NCBI GenBank assembly: GCA_951406725.2
Contig: OX597820.1
Span: forward strand, 93,682,001 to 93,746,000
Direction: 5' to 3'
Origin: Octopus vulgaris
Lineage: Eukaryota
Length of the DNA: 64,000 bases
The position numbers and the translations under genes are program-made. Numbering within the stretch: the stretch's first letter is position 1; every line of letters starts with the position of its first letter. Below the pieces are notes generated by a model. It had not been told where the DNA came from. It did no database searches and saw only the letters and a program-made list of their open reading frames with translations. Below are positions 26,114 through 39,298 of the stretch, piece by piece.

Positions 26114-27676
26114 CACACACATTTCGGTAATACTATATTGGTTTCATTTGCATAATCGTGCAAGCATTGGTGAAATGAACGAACTAATACATAGAAGTAC
26201 TACAGTGATGGGATAAGCAGAAATGTAAGGCAAACAAACGAGCGTGTTATGTTTAACAACTGTGTATCTTTGAAAGTTGGCAAAAATCTTGTAGCAAGTT
26301 GAAGACTGAAGATCAAAGCAGTATGTAGGAATAAATTATATTTTTACCATGTATGCATATCTGCAGTATTATATCAACATTACATTCGGACGTGTGACAT
26401 CCAATTGTCTACTCATCTGAATAAATAATCATATTAGCCCATGCGTGTTAACAAATACAAAATACTATAGAAACAGAATGTGTGTGCGTTAGGATTTTAC
26501 CCACACTCACACAATAAGACGCGCACACACACACAGAACATACATCTTTTCAGGCTTGTTTACGAAACCTGCAGCTGCAATCAATAGCTTTTCATTGAAA
26601 ATTAATTTTATTTATTATTTATCCGAAGTGAATGAATGTGAAAGGAAGATGAGAGAAAATTTATCAATTTCTCTGCTCACATTTTCTTTCTTTCTTTATG
26701 TTTTGCGCTCATAAAACACAATGCATAAAGCAGATGATCAAAAAAGGAATTGTTGAAAGAACTCAAAGAAATCGATACGAAAGAACGATTTAGTATTACT
26801 CTGGAGATATTACTGAGCAAATTCTTAACCACTTCAAACAGAGCCAGCAAAATATATTGGATATCATGCAGTTAATATAAACTATCTTGCAGAAGCGAGA
26901 GCTTTCAGTAAGCAAGGAGTCAACCTAAGGTTTCGATTCATAGTTGTTTTATCATTTTATCTCACTTATGTACTTTGTGTTACATCTCTGACTCATATAT
27001 ATACAAGCAAACAAGATATCGTACATTCATTATACGATATGACAACATCATAGTTTATTATATTCATTCAGTTTTTCCTCACGTTGTTTTTGCCTTATTT
27101 AACTAATTTAGACCAAATAAGGAGATGCTTGGTAAATTATCTATAGCAAAATCATGAGTTGAAATACGAATCAAGACGTTGATGAGAAAATTATATAAAG
27201 CTTTTTTTTTTCTTTTTAATTCTTATATCACTATGTCTGTGAAAACGTCTAACTATACAACCAAGACAGAAAGCTTTAGAAATAAGCCCAGATGTAACAC
27301 TGAAACAGGTTAGTCTATATTGTAAGAGGTTGTAATAACATATTTCGAAATGTCTGTTCAAAAGGTTGTTAAAAAAAAGAGGCGATTATAAAGGAAAAGC
27401 ATTGAGTTGGTGGGGAAGTGATTCTACATTTATCTTCCATGATAACCTAGGATTGCTTTTTCGCTTAAGTGCCGGGAAATGGGGGGAAAATTGTAAGATG
27501 AAAACCGAAACATACCGTTATAAGGAAATAGAAATTGATGAAAATAACTTGCAGGCAGACCAGAATAAATTCTTTAGAACACTTACCTGAAAAAAATAAA
27601 AGAGAAAAAAAATCGTTAGTTTTCTTTTTACTTCAAAAACACAAAATTTAATAACAACAACAACAACAACAACAAC

Positions 27677-27722
<46 letters not shown>

Positions 27723-28298
27723 GCAACAACAACAACGTTACGTTTACTGAGTTAAATTGAAAACTACAAAGATTACCATTTTCCATATTCGTCTTTAGAA
27801 ATGATATAATTTTCAATAGTCATCAATATTCTATTTCGATTGATTTGATCTTTAATGCAGATGTGGTGTTTCGTACCTACACATGTACATAGTCCCAGGC
27901 TGGATTAGAACTACGAACCCTTGTTTCTAAAATAAGGGTAATGACATTCTTGTTCATTGGTATAGGGAACAGTAGTTTAAAGAAAAAGAGCATTATTACT
28001 ATCGTTAGTTTTAAAACTCAAGTTCCTAGATCGAGTCCAGCCTTATATGTTTATGTTCAGGAATGAGATAACTGATGATGATCAGAGATCAAACCAGCTG
28101 TTTTCTGTAACACTGTGGTAGACTACAGAGAATCTCTCTCACCCTCTCTTTTGTCTTTTCATTGGGTGGTGTTTCTCGGGGTTACACTGTGTTGCTTTGA
28201 CTATAAATTAAGATTTCTTAGAAACTATATTACTGGCATAACTTTGTTGATACTATGATAGAAAACAAATACCTTTTCGCTTTTAGTAATTAAATATT

Positions 28299-28338
<40 letters not shown>

Positions 28339-28944
28339 CATATATGTTTTTCCTGGTCCCTTAAAAACTGCATTATAGTAAAGCTGTGATCAGTCGATCG
28401 TTTCATCGAAAGCGCAGCTAAACCGCTGTCTATTCAGTTTTATTTTCTAGGCTTTGATTGAACCAAGGCTATAGTAGAAGATGACATATGTAGGAAATAT
28501 GCTCAGAAGGCAAGGAGAAAAACATACTTCTGAAATAATAATATTATTCCTCATCAGAGGTCATTATAAACCTTACATGTGTGGAATATTTAGACTGTTC
28601 TTTCTCAGATAATAATTTGTCCTCATTGGATTATGGTCATTAATATGATCAACAATCTCATCAGTGAAATAGTCTAACAGTATTATCAAACTTTTAGAAT
28701 GTCTATAGAGAAGTATATTGGATTTTAGTGAATGAATTTTGAGTGATGTTATAAACTTATAAGAAAACCGGGAGGGGTCGCTAGTAACAGTAATTTCTAA
28801 CTTACATGTACAAGTGCATGGTCTGTTATATCGACACCAGTATATAACTGATACTTAGTTTATCGACAGTGGGAGGTTAAAGACAAAATCGACTCTGGCG
28901 GGATTTGAACTCAGAGGAAGAATCAACCCTTAGGTCAAAATGCC

Positions 28945-29218
28945 TTCAGTACTTATTCTATCGGTCTCTTTTGCCGAACCGCTAAGTTACGGAGACGTAA
29001 ACACACCACCATCGGTTGTCAAGCGATGTTGGGGGGACAAACACACACACACATATACACGACAGGATTCTTTCAGTTTCCGCCTACCAAATCCACTCAC
29101 AAGGCTTTGGTCGGACCGAGACTATAGACACTTGCTCAAGGTGTCACGCAGTGGGAATGAATCCAGAAGCATGTGGTTGGTAAGCAAGCCACTTACCACA
29201 CAGCCACTCCTACGCCTA
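28945..29218 (-). mobile_element. SINE family D
   Basis: agtacttattctatcggtctcttttgccgaaccgctaagttac...cttaccacacagccactcctacgccta. Confidence 0.9.
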
Positions 29219-29619
29219 TGTATATATGTAAATATAGATAAAGACGGAATCTTCACTAGTGTTCCAATTGTACTCAACCTATCCCGATCTCTGTATCTCA
29301 GGCATTAATCCTTTCAACGTTTTCCTTTTTTTTTGTATTTTTTTTTATTAATCTATAGTTTTACCGTTGTATTTGTTTCGTTAGCCGAAGATTAAATAGG
29401 TTTTTTCTCAGAATATAATTGCATTAATCGATTTTTTTGAATAAAAACTATGCACTAAATAGCACTGGCCTTACTACTTAATTTATGTAGTAAATAATAT
29501 AGGTATATCATTTATTAACCTTCTATTAATAGTTTCGATATAATATCATTCAATCCTACGTAGTTGCTCAACCTGCTTGTAATAACAGTCAAATAAATTT
29601 TTTCTTAATAACATTATAC

Positions 29620-29833
29620 CTATTTCTTTACTACCCACAAGGGGCTACACCCAGAGGGGACAAACAAGGACAGACAAACGGATTAAGTCGATTGCCTCGA
29701 CCCCAGTGCGTAACTGGTACTTAATTCATCGACCTCAAAAGGATGAAAGGCAAAGTCGACCTCGGCGGAATTTGAACTCAGAACGTAGCCGTATTTCGTC
29801 CGTGTGCTAACGATTCTGCCAGCTCGCCGCCTT
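29620..29833 (-). mobile_element. SINE family A with an internal deletion
   Basis: 14-bp TSD taataacattatac (29606-29619 / 29835-29848). Confidence 0.93.
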
Positions 29834-30163
29834 CTAATAACATTATACTGCCTTGAAAAACAGGATACATTTGATGATATAGCCCAGGGTAGCGTTTCTG
29901 TGACGGATGCCAGTTCCATATGCCCTCCTCTCAAAAAGTATTTGTAAAATTTAAGCCCCTCATCCACCTTCATTTTATCAGTGAGAAGAGAAAATGGAGT
30001 TTTACATCCATATAATTCTTCGTTCGTTCGTTCGCCATAGTGCTGGACATGTTTAAACAGTTTAGAGCCATTTTAATTTTGTTGAAAACCATTATTTGTC
30101 TGCTCATTTTTCAATCCTTGAACGAGCTCTTCACATATGAGAACCTCTGGCTAAAATGTATGA

Positions 30164-30199
<36 letters not shown>

Positions 30200-30934
30200 G
30201 AGAGTTACTAGTGAGAGATTATCAATCCGGGCAAATACTTTCTAAGCTCTCTGTTAGTACACCAGGTTAACAATATTGTTTAGATTAATAAAGAACTCCG
30301 TGTATTCTTGTGGCAGGGTCTGAGGTCATAGTTCATCACCATTCTGTATTGTAAAGCCATTGTTGTGTTCCATTTAGAGAGAAACAACAAATGTGAGTAA
30401 GAATAATCGAATACTGTCGTTGCTTTTCATTTTGTTGTCGTTTTAATCCAAGTAAATCATGATCGAGCATAAATGGCATGAGGTTCTCCAACTGTGAGCG
30501 TCCCCTCTTTTTGTATATCCAAGACAATGTTGTCCAATGCCTTTCAATAAAGCTGGCAGGGTTGGATTTGAAGCGCTATTAGCTGCTATTTGTAGCATGT
30601 CGAGTGACCACTTAATTATTCCCTCGTTGACTTGCATTAGATGGCTATAAAGTAGCTGACAGTCGAATCGGTAGTCTGTCGAACATCCAGTTTTACTGAC
30701 CGGGATTCATGTTTCCTCTTCGGAACCGTTGCACTGGCGTTTACAGACACGACAGTTAACCCACATCAGTGGCACAGCCCACAGCCAGCAATTATATTTT
30801 CTGTTTTGCTTTTTTTTTTTTTTTTGTATTATTAATAAGGGATGGAAAGAAAAGTAGCACCCAAGACCCTTTTTCTGAGTCTCCGAAACTGACAGAAAGA
30901 AGGGAAGAAATTATCTTCAGGCCAGTGAATTAAT

Positions 30935-30996
30935 CCGAATGTTGAAGCAAAGTGGAGCTTGCTAAAACCAGATTCCACTTTGTTGCTAACATTTGG
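30935..30996 (+). ncRNA. Candidate pre-miRNA hairpin
   Basis: ccgaatgttg pairs taacatttgg (10 bp) and agcaaagtggag pairs ttccactttgtt (12 bp), four G:U in total; ~10-nt loop; basal cagtg/cactg; unique-sequence context. Confidence 0.45.
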
Positions 30997-31509
30997 GCCA
31001 CTGCTAAAAGCACTGGAAAACCACTTGGTGGCATTAAACGGGACGACGGGTTAACTGCAAATAAGTGTTGCAGCACAAGAATTTCTCTTGTTTGTAATGA
31101 CGAGATCAAGTCTGCTACTTATGGTAGAATCATTAACAACAAGTCTCAACTTGTAATTCCAAAACAGAAGAATGAAATGAAGGAACAAGAATTCCAACAA
31201 AAATAAAAGAAAATGTAAAAAAGATAAATTGACGAAAAAGAAAATAAAATAACAACACCCTTCCTTCATGCCTTCGCCCCTAATCACTATCTGCTAGACA
31301 ACTTTGTTCTTAAGTTTTGTAGTTCAAAATTTTGTTCTATATTCTAGTAGTCTTTCAGATTAAAAGATAATAGGGATGCTAAAGAGACTGTTTTCAGTAA
31401 CAACAATAACAAAAAAAGAAAAGAAAAGAAAAAAGCACAACAATAGATCAACAACACAAACTACTAAACAACAATAAAAAAAAGTAATTTTCGAAACTGC
31501 CTTACTTTA

Positions 31510-31543
<34 letters not shown>

Positions 31544-31699
31544 TGGTAAATCCGGTCTCTAAAAAAATGCTGATTGAGGGTGAAGGTGATGATGTGGGAG
31601 AACGGAAATGTCAATTTGCCTTTAAAGAATAGGGTGAGAAAATCAGCACCGCAGAATTTTGGTGATCAGGCGAACCAAACTGAAGAGATGGTTGCCTTC

Positions 31700-31837
31700 C
31701 CGACCATAACCACGACTACCACAACCACCACCAAAACCACTACCACCACCGCCTTCACAGCTACTAACTCCATCTACACTGCCACCATCATCACACACAA
31801 CTGCTAGTACGACCACAAGTGCTATCATCGTTGCAAT

Positions 31838-31886
<49 letters not shown>

Positions 31887-32405
31887 GCCACCACCACTTG
31901 TCTTACTATTGCCACAGTTGCTACTGCTACCATCATAAGACCTAACATCATCCCTGTTAATAGCAACATTAGCCGATGGACTAGCACCATGTTTGTTCCT
32001 TAACTGCCGACACCAGCACCATGGCCTACTCCACTACCATCATTTGAGACTGAACTCACACCGCACCACAATTAGTCCAACCAATATGCTCCCACTACCG
32101 CTATTAATGACCCACTGCTAACATTATTCCCCGTTAACAACCTCCTGCACTATTAACAACCGACCTCACAGCACCACCACCACCAATCTCCTGCGCCATC
32201 ACTTCCGGCACATAAGCAATTCTTCGTTAATGCAGCCAGCACCAGCACCACCATCATCACCTTCGTCACCATCATCATCACCACTACTACCACCACCACC
32301 ATCACCACCACCACCAACCGCCATCACCACCTCCTCCTCTGTCGAAGCTATTAAGGACGACCCAACAACCATCACCTTTTACCAGAACGTCTAGCACCAT
32401 CACCA
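31700..32405. repeat. Cryptic CAC/TAC/CAT low-complexity tract
   Basis: Direct inspection of the sequence. Confidence 0.85.
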
Positions 32406-32772
32406 TCGGATACCTCAAAACGCTTGAATCTCATTTACATATTCAGAGAAGAAACAGAAAAAATATGTTAAAATAACAACATAAAGTAAAAAAATACCAT
32501 CCAACCCTCCAATTTTGGTTTAAACCAAAACTGTTTGGGGCGGATATGTCATGCTCTTTGTACTTGAGTATAATATGGCTTGTTCCAAGTTGCGGTGGTG
32601 GTGTTGGGGATGTGAAACTAAATTATAGAGGGTACGTTAGGATTGCGGTAGTAATGATTATGACAGTACTGGGAATAACAATGATGCTGGTGGTTGTAGT
32701 GGTGATGATGATAATCCTTTCTGTTATAGACACAGGTCTGAAATGTGGGAGCGGGCTGGATCGACTCCAGTA

Positions 32773-33038
32773 ATAAATAATAAAAATAAATGCACCCTTT
32801 TAAAGCCTAGACAGGCTCATGGGCCCGGTTTCCCGGTCTCAATGGCGTATGTGTAACCCAGCTGGACGGGACGCCAGTCCATCGCAGCGTTACTCATTTT
32901 TGCCAGCTGAGTGAACTGGAGCAACATGAAATGAAGTGTTTTGCTCAAGAACACAACGCGTCGCCCGGTCGAGGAATCGAAACCACAATCTTACGATCAC
33001 GATGCTGACACCCTAACCACTAAGCCACGCGCCTCCTC
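32773..33038 (-). mobile_element. SINE family C nested in an older family A copy (32715-33197)
   Basis: 14-bp TSD gatcgactccagta (32759-32772 / 33039-33052). Confidence 0.95.
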
Positions 33039-33212
33039 GATCGACTCCAGTACGACACTGATACTGATTTCATCGATCTCGAAAGGATGAAACGCAAAGT
33101 TGATCTCGGGGGAATTTGAACTCAGGACATAAAGACGGATGAAATGCTGATAAGCATTTTCTCCGGCTTGCTAACGATTCTGCCTGTTCGCCGCCTTAGT
33201 GCTATTGATAAT

Positions 33213-33423
33213 AATCCTGTCTGCTATTGGCTCAAGGCATGAAATTTTGCGGGAGGGTCTAGTCGATTATATCAACCCCAGTGTTAGACTGGTACTTAAT
33301 TTATCAAGCCGAAAGGATAAAAGGCGAAGTCGACCTCGGTGGCATTTGAACTCAGAGAGTAAAGACGGACGAAATGCTGCTAAGCATTTTGTCCGGCGTG
33401 TTAATGATTTTTCTCACTGCCTT
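33213..33423 (-). mobile_element. SINE family A
   Basis: Core gaaaggataaaaggcgaagtcgacctcggtggcatttgaactcag. Confidence 0.85.
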
Positions 33424-33452
33424 AGTAGTAGTGATAATAATTTTGTGAAAGT

Positions 33453-33584
33453 AAGGGTGACGAGCTGGTAGAACCGTTTAGCATGTCGGACGAAATGCCG
33501 CTAAGCATTTCGTCCGTCTCAACGTTTTGAGTTTAAATGTCACCGAGGTTGACTTTGCCTTTCAACCTCTCGGGGTCAATAAAA
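33453..33584 (+). mobile_element. SINE family A 5' half, inverted relative to its neighbour
   Basis: ggtgacgagctggtagaaccg...gaggttgactttgcctttcaacctctcggggtcaataaaa. Confidence 0.85.
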
Positions 33585-33588
33585 CGAG

Positions 33589-33589
<1 letters not shown>

Positions 33590-33651
<62 letters not shown>

Positions 33652-33786
33652 GACGGGCTTCTTTCAGTTTCCATCAACCAAATCCACTGATAAGGCTTTG
33701 TCAGCTCGAGGCTATAGTAGAAGACACTTGCCCAAGGTGCTACGCAGTGGGACTGAATCCGGAACCACACAGCCACTCTTGCGCCT
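33590..33786 (-). mobile_element. SINE family D 5' part with (CA)n
   Basis: cgacgggcttctttcagtttcc...gaagacacttgcccaaggtgc...cacacagccactcttgcgcct. Confidence 0.85.
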
Positions 33787-34114
33787 ACACTATCACTCCT
33801 CTGGTGCCGAACAGACACCAAATCGTTATGAAATGTTATATTTTACTTAACCTCCTACCCGCCAAATTTTTTTTTAAACAATGAACACGAAAATATTAGG
33901 TTAACAGATCTGGTTTATAAATTAAGTTAAATGTCTGGAAACACTTTACCCCTAGAAAATAAATTCGTCTTCAAAATTTAAGGACGGAAGGAAGGCTGTG
34001 TAACATGCATGCTCATCTAAAAGACATTAGTGGCTTTCAGTGTAACGAAATAGCGACACAACAGGAAGTGAATTGTAAAGCTGCTCATGGGACATTATGC
34101 TCATAGTGTCTAAA

Positions 34115-34195
34115 ATGGCGACAACACTTAAGAAACAGATTTTTGTCCTTGAAGAGTTCGCTCGAGCAAACAACAGCGCTGAATTGGTAGAATAT
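34115..34195 (+). pseudogene. Tc1/mariner-type transposase N-terminal remnant (DUF4817-like HTH)
   Basis: aaaATGGCG start, translating MATTLKKQIFVLEEFARANNSAELV, like the MATxxEKxFxVxEFAxxxSxxxV starts of such transposases; the rest is missing. Confidence 0.4.
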
Positions 34196-34633
34196 AATTT
34201 ATGTCTAATTAAATAAAATAATCTAATTTCAAGCTCATATTAAAAAAATATGTATTGTTTTTGTTTTTACTTCTCGTTTTCTTTTTCTCTTCAGTTTGGT
34301 ATATTTATAATAATACTATGAGAGAGATTGCAGAAATTTTTGAAACAATTTCTTCTTGTCAAGGCTAATGTAATTAAGCTATAAAAAGATTTCTTGTGTT
34401 TATTTTATGATATTCTGTCGGGAATACTGTATTTATATAGAAATACAAACATGTGACAAACACGAAACAAACAAACAGGCAAAAATACTCCAGTATGGAG
34501 ACAAATACCCACACGCGCCAGTGAAACACCATCCACGTGGGCGCGCGATCTTCTAAAAATAGCAGCTAAATTTCATTTAAATAACTCATTGTAATCTTTA
34601 AAAATAAAACTAAGTTGTATAATGAAGTCCCCG

Positions 34634-34804
34634 CAGTGCCATCTTAAGGTATGGGTATACTGGGCAAATAGCCCGGGGGACTCGTGGGTCTAGGGACCCA
34701 GTATTGATCTATGAATATTTCTGGTTTCCTATCAATAAATGAATACAACGGAGCTAAGGGAATTCTTTTGCCCATGGGCGTGTAATACTTTTACGACGGC
34801 CCTG
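34634..34804. mobile_element. hAT-like MITE
   Basis: Ends cagtgccatctt / acgacggccctg; degenerate TSD agtccccg / ggtctctg. Confidence 0.65.
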
Positions 34805-35437
34805 GGTCTCTGTTGCACTGTGCCATTGGAAAAAGATGAAATGGCCTCGACGAGAAAGCTTTTATTTATAGATTTACTGAATCCGGGTAGCAATAAGAAG
34901 ACTAACAAATACAGAGAAAGAGAGAGGGGAGCGGGTAATTCTTGATACACATGATTCAACATGCTAAGTAAAGTGCATAGAAGGTTAGGCAATGTAAGTG
35001 TACAAGATTCTAGGCTATATATGTGCTTAGAGGATGACCAATAAAGATACTGGATGTACAGAATGCTAGATATCTAAGTGTTAGGGTCAAATGTACTAGA
35101 AGAATTCTATTTAGAACAAATCAGTTCGATAGAACCCCCATACCACTCGAGGTCCTTTTTTGGTCTTTATATGGATGGGAGGAATATGAACTTAGCATTA
35201 CAAACTAACGAAACTGTTGTTAATTATAAAATATATGCACCGCTTTAGAGCAATGATCTAGCTATACCGTCCTCATCGCACCTATTTACAGTGCGATTTA
35301 ACCGAGCCGCAGAACCAGCAGAGCACTGGGGGATAGGTAGTGACTTGAGAAATCTTCAGTCAACGATATTTCAGTATAGCAAGAATTTCGCAACCTTACA
35401 TCCTCCTCCTCCTCCTCCTCACCATCTTTCTCTTCCC

Positions 35438-35478
<41 letters not shown>

Positions 35479-35774
35479 ATGAACCATGTCTACAGGTAAT
35501 GGTGAACATAGGCTTCAATGCCAAAACCTGAAGAATCAAGGGTTTTCTTGGGAAAGATACAATAGAGATTATCCGTTGCTTCTATCCGTTTATTTACAGC
35601 GTTTACTCAGTACACCGCACCCACAAGCTTACTCTTGAAGCACAGGACCTTTTTAAACCTTAGCTAGGGAACCTAGATGAAATGGCATCGGGACAAATAT
35701 GCTCACCAGTGGGCCTGTGAAACAGATCATGCCAAGGAATCAAACTTCCTTAGAGTTTTGTATACCTTAGATAC

Positions 35775-36080
35775 GCAATGGCCCAGTGGTTAGGGCAGCG
35801 GACTCGCGGTCGGAGGATCGCGGTTTCGATTCCCAGACCAGGCGTTGTGTGTGTTTATTGAGTGAAAACACCTAAAAGCTCCACGAGGCTCCGGCAGGTG
35901 GTGGTGGCGACCCCTATTGTACTCTTTCGCCACAACTTTCTCTCACTCTCTCTTCCTGTTTCTTGAGTAACGCTGCGATGGACTGGCGTCCCGTCCAGCT
36001 GGCGGGAACACATACGCCACAGAAACCGGGAAATCGGTCCCATGAGCCTGGCTAGGCTTGAAAAGGGCACCGAAAAAAAA
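35775..36080 (+). mobile_element. SINE family B (tRNA-Arg-like head, V-domain-like body), young
   Basis: 13-bp TSD ataccttagatac (35762-35774 / 36081-36093); A/B boxes; TCG at the anticodon-like position; short A tail. Confidence 0.95.
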
Positions 36081-36846
36081 ATACCTTAGATACAGGGCCA
36101 TCTACTATTTGATCTATAACTCTTGGGGGTTGATGGCAATGATGGTTCTGGTGGTAGTATTGGTAATGGCGTTGTTTGTTGTGATAGTGGCGTTGGTGGT
36201 AGTGGTTATGGCTGTGGTGGAGGTTGTAGAATTTGATTTTTTAAAAGAGAAACAATTAAAACTAGGTGTTACGATTCAAACCATTTTTTGGTAAGAATGT
36301 TCTTACTTTATTTCTAGGTCAGTAGTTTTGTCCTTGCTATTGCTACTGTTGCTCTGACAATGAAAACGACGACGATGATGATGGTGATGAGGGTCAAAGT
36401 TTGTGATAATTGAGCTAGAGTTGTCCAATTATTTCAGCAGCAGAAATGAAAATTTAATTCGGACTGTTATGGTTTCATAACGAGGGTAAGCAATACTTGT
36501 TTGGAATCCCACCCTTAACTAATTGCCTCTTGTCTCTGAATCGCCCTTTCTATTCCATTTACACGCGCGCGCGCGTACAGAGCCAGCCATCGACTGGCGT
36601 GTAGAATGACATGTTATTGACAATTGTAATTTAACAAGTTACACGCATACAACACGTATACGTCTGCATTGAGGAACCTATTACAAGAAAATTGTGCACA
36701 CTTTTTATATATGCCTATGTATGTTCGGCACACCGGGGTACACACACGTCTATCGAGTAACGTACATGTGTTTTAATACATAAGCGGCTGTATTAACATG
36801 AACTGAAACATAAGATGAAATGTAGTCAAATATAGACACATATGCG

Positions 36847-36904
<58 letters not shown>

Positions 36905-37220
36905 TGACGTTTCACCACTGTGTGATTTTTATAAGGAAAAAGTGTGAACTTTCAGAACTGACATCATGAAAGATAAATTTAATTTCGTTTATTAGAATTT
37001 ATTTTACCTTTTATTTCAGCACGACTAAATCGTCTTTTTTAAGGGACTGAAACCGGGTGCACATTTTGATATAGAGTGATATCCATGATAAAGTTCTCAA
37101 AACATTTTCTTCTTTTTCGTTTTTTTAACATACATTCATACATTAATACCCCTCCACATATATGTATATAGATACACACACACACGTTTATGTATGTATG
37201 TACTTCTTCGCGTGTGTTCA

Positions 37221-37324
<104 letters not shown>

Positions 37325-37389
37325 TGTATGTTTGTATATGTATATATGTATGTATATGTATACGTTTGTTCTTTTCTCTTTATTTTTCT

Positions 37390-37520
37390 CTCTCCTTCTC
37401 TATTCTTTCCGAAGGTGAGCGTATGCTCGAAACGTTAGACTTCTTTCAATTTTCTTAAGAGTCAATTTAATACATCCTGCTTGTTATTTTACCTTGTCTT
37501 CGTATATCTAATTTTATTGT
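37390..37520 (+). mobile_element. Penelope-like terminal fragment with a degenerate hammerhead-like motif
   Basis: ccgaaggt-gagc-gtat-gctc-gaaacgtt; a related reverse-strand fragment (aacgtttcgagcg) lies at 61120-61226. Confidence 0.4.
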
Positions 37521-37899
37521 ACCATATATATTCATATACATAATCATACACATATACGCTCTCCTACTGTAGATGATATAAGGGACACTAATAACTGACT
37601 GTCTCTTTATTTTACCGGATTCAGAATGACACAAGACAATGTTGACCTACGAAAGCGATATTGATTTTGAGGTCAATGAATGTTGTAAGTATAGAAATTC
37701 ACTTGCACTGTAACAGACACATGTGGAAAGAGATATAAGTCTGGAGTTTCTTTGCTTTCTCATTTATGAATCAAACATAATATAACCTCATTGATGTCTT
37801 TGGAAATTTTAACGCATCACGAACACGAAAAATAAATAAATGTAGACCTTAGCGAGCTTTGAACTTAAAATATAACTGATGCATATTTGTTTTTAGGTC

Positions 37900-38200
37900 T
37901 AGTTATGTGTGCAGGCAAGGTTGTGTCTTTAAGAAGGAACATCCTAAGCGTCTTATACCATAGTCTCGAGTTAACCAATGCCTTGAGTATGAAATAGTGT
38001 AGAGGCCCAGCAAAGGGAGTGTTGCTGCCTTCTGATGGTCGACTCAATTTGTCACTCGGTTTCACAACACCGCTGGGTCTTTGGGACCCTTTAGCAGAGT
38101 CCATTCTGTTGGAAGCATTAGGGCCAGTTCATCGATCTGATGATGGCTGCTTTCCAGCTATACACCAGCCTCGGAGGCTCTGAGAGAGACCATGGTCACT
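37900..38200 (-). mobile_element. L1/Tx1-like LINE ORF2 fragment
   Basis: ORF 37865-38104 contains PFAG...ILKALVNSRLWY, like the LSxxGRxxxxxxLVxSxLW(Y/H) motif downstream of the RT core. Confidence 0.45.
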
Positions 38201-38607
38201 AATGTTTCTCCTCTGAATAAGTTATATTAAATAAAAAAACAAATGAAAAATTGGAAAAAGTGAAGAAGAAAAGATTCTGGTTGTCACTGCCCTAATACAG
38301 ACACAAAGCATGAAATTTGAGGGCAGGAATTAGTCAGTCAAATCTATCCCAGTATGTGGCTGGTACTTTATTTTTCCGACCCCGAAAGTATGATAAAATT
38401 GACCTCAGCCGGATTTGATCTCAGAACGTAAAGAAACCAGGAAAAAAGAAGAAGAAATACCTCAAGGAATTTTATCTAATGTTCTAACGATTCTTCCATT
38501 CCACCACCCTTTCTCGCAACCCCACTAATAAAAATAAACAAACTAACACAGCAGCCATTTTAACACTAATGTCAACAAATATAACACCACCAATAACAAT
38601 AACAACA

Positions 38608-38642
<35 letters not shown>

Positions 38643-38913
38643 AGTTTCTTCTATAACACAAACAACAACAATAACGACGATCAAAAGACTGACGGAATGT
38701 AGCCATTAGATAAATAGTTATATAAAAGATATGGTGGACGTTAAAACCTCGGAGATGTTAACCCAGACTATTAGTGGCTTGGGCTTAGAGTTTGGTAAAA
38801 TAAACACTCTTAACATCGCGTCTATCACCATTGCTTTCATATCATTTATAGCACTTAACACAGACGCATACTCACTTATATACACACAGATACCACACAC
38901 ACACACATTCATA

Positions 38914-39104
38914 GTATGTACGTATGTATGTATGTATGTATGTATGTATGTATGTATGTATGTATGTATGTATGTATGTATGTGTGTATGCGTGTATGTA
39001 TGTATGTATGTACATATGTATGTATGTATGTATGTATGTACATATGTACGTATGTATGTATGTACATATGTACGTATGTATGTATGTATGTATGTATGTA
39101 TGTA

Positions 39105-39135
<31 letters not shown>

Positions 39136-39267
39136 ACATATGTATGTATGTATGTATGTATGTACATATGTACGTATGTATGTATGTATGTATGTATGTA
39201 TGTACATGTACGTACGTATGTATGTACGTACGTATGTATGTATGTATGTACGTATGTATGTATGTAC

Positions 39268-39298
<31 letters not shown>

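Noticed and set aside
26734-26907. Exon-like purine-rich segment between cag| and |gtaagc
   Set aside because: Stop codons in all three frames; at most a very old transposase relic or a non-coding exon.
35480-35505. gtctacaggta, reminiscent of the miR-10/miR-993 family
   Set aside because: The seed region does not match and no complementary arm forms a hairpin.
35775-35850. tRNA-Arg-like sequence (also at 15863, 22450 and 47113)
   Set aside because: These are SINE heads: they continue into shared bodies and tails, most are bounded by TSDs, and they lack a proper acceptor stem.
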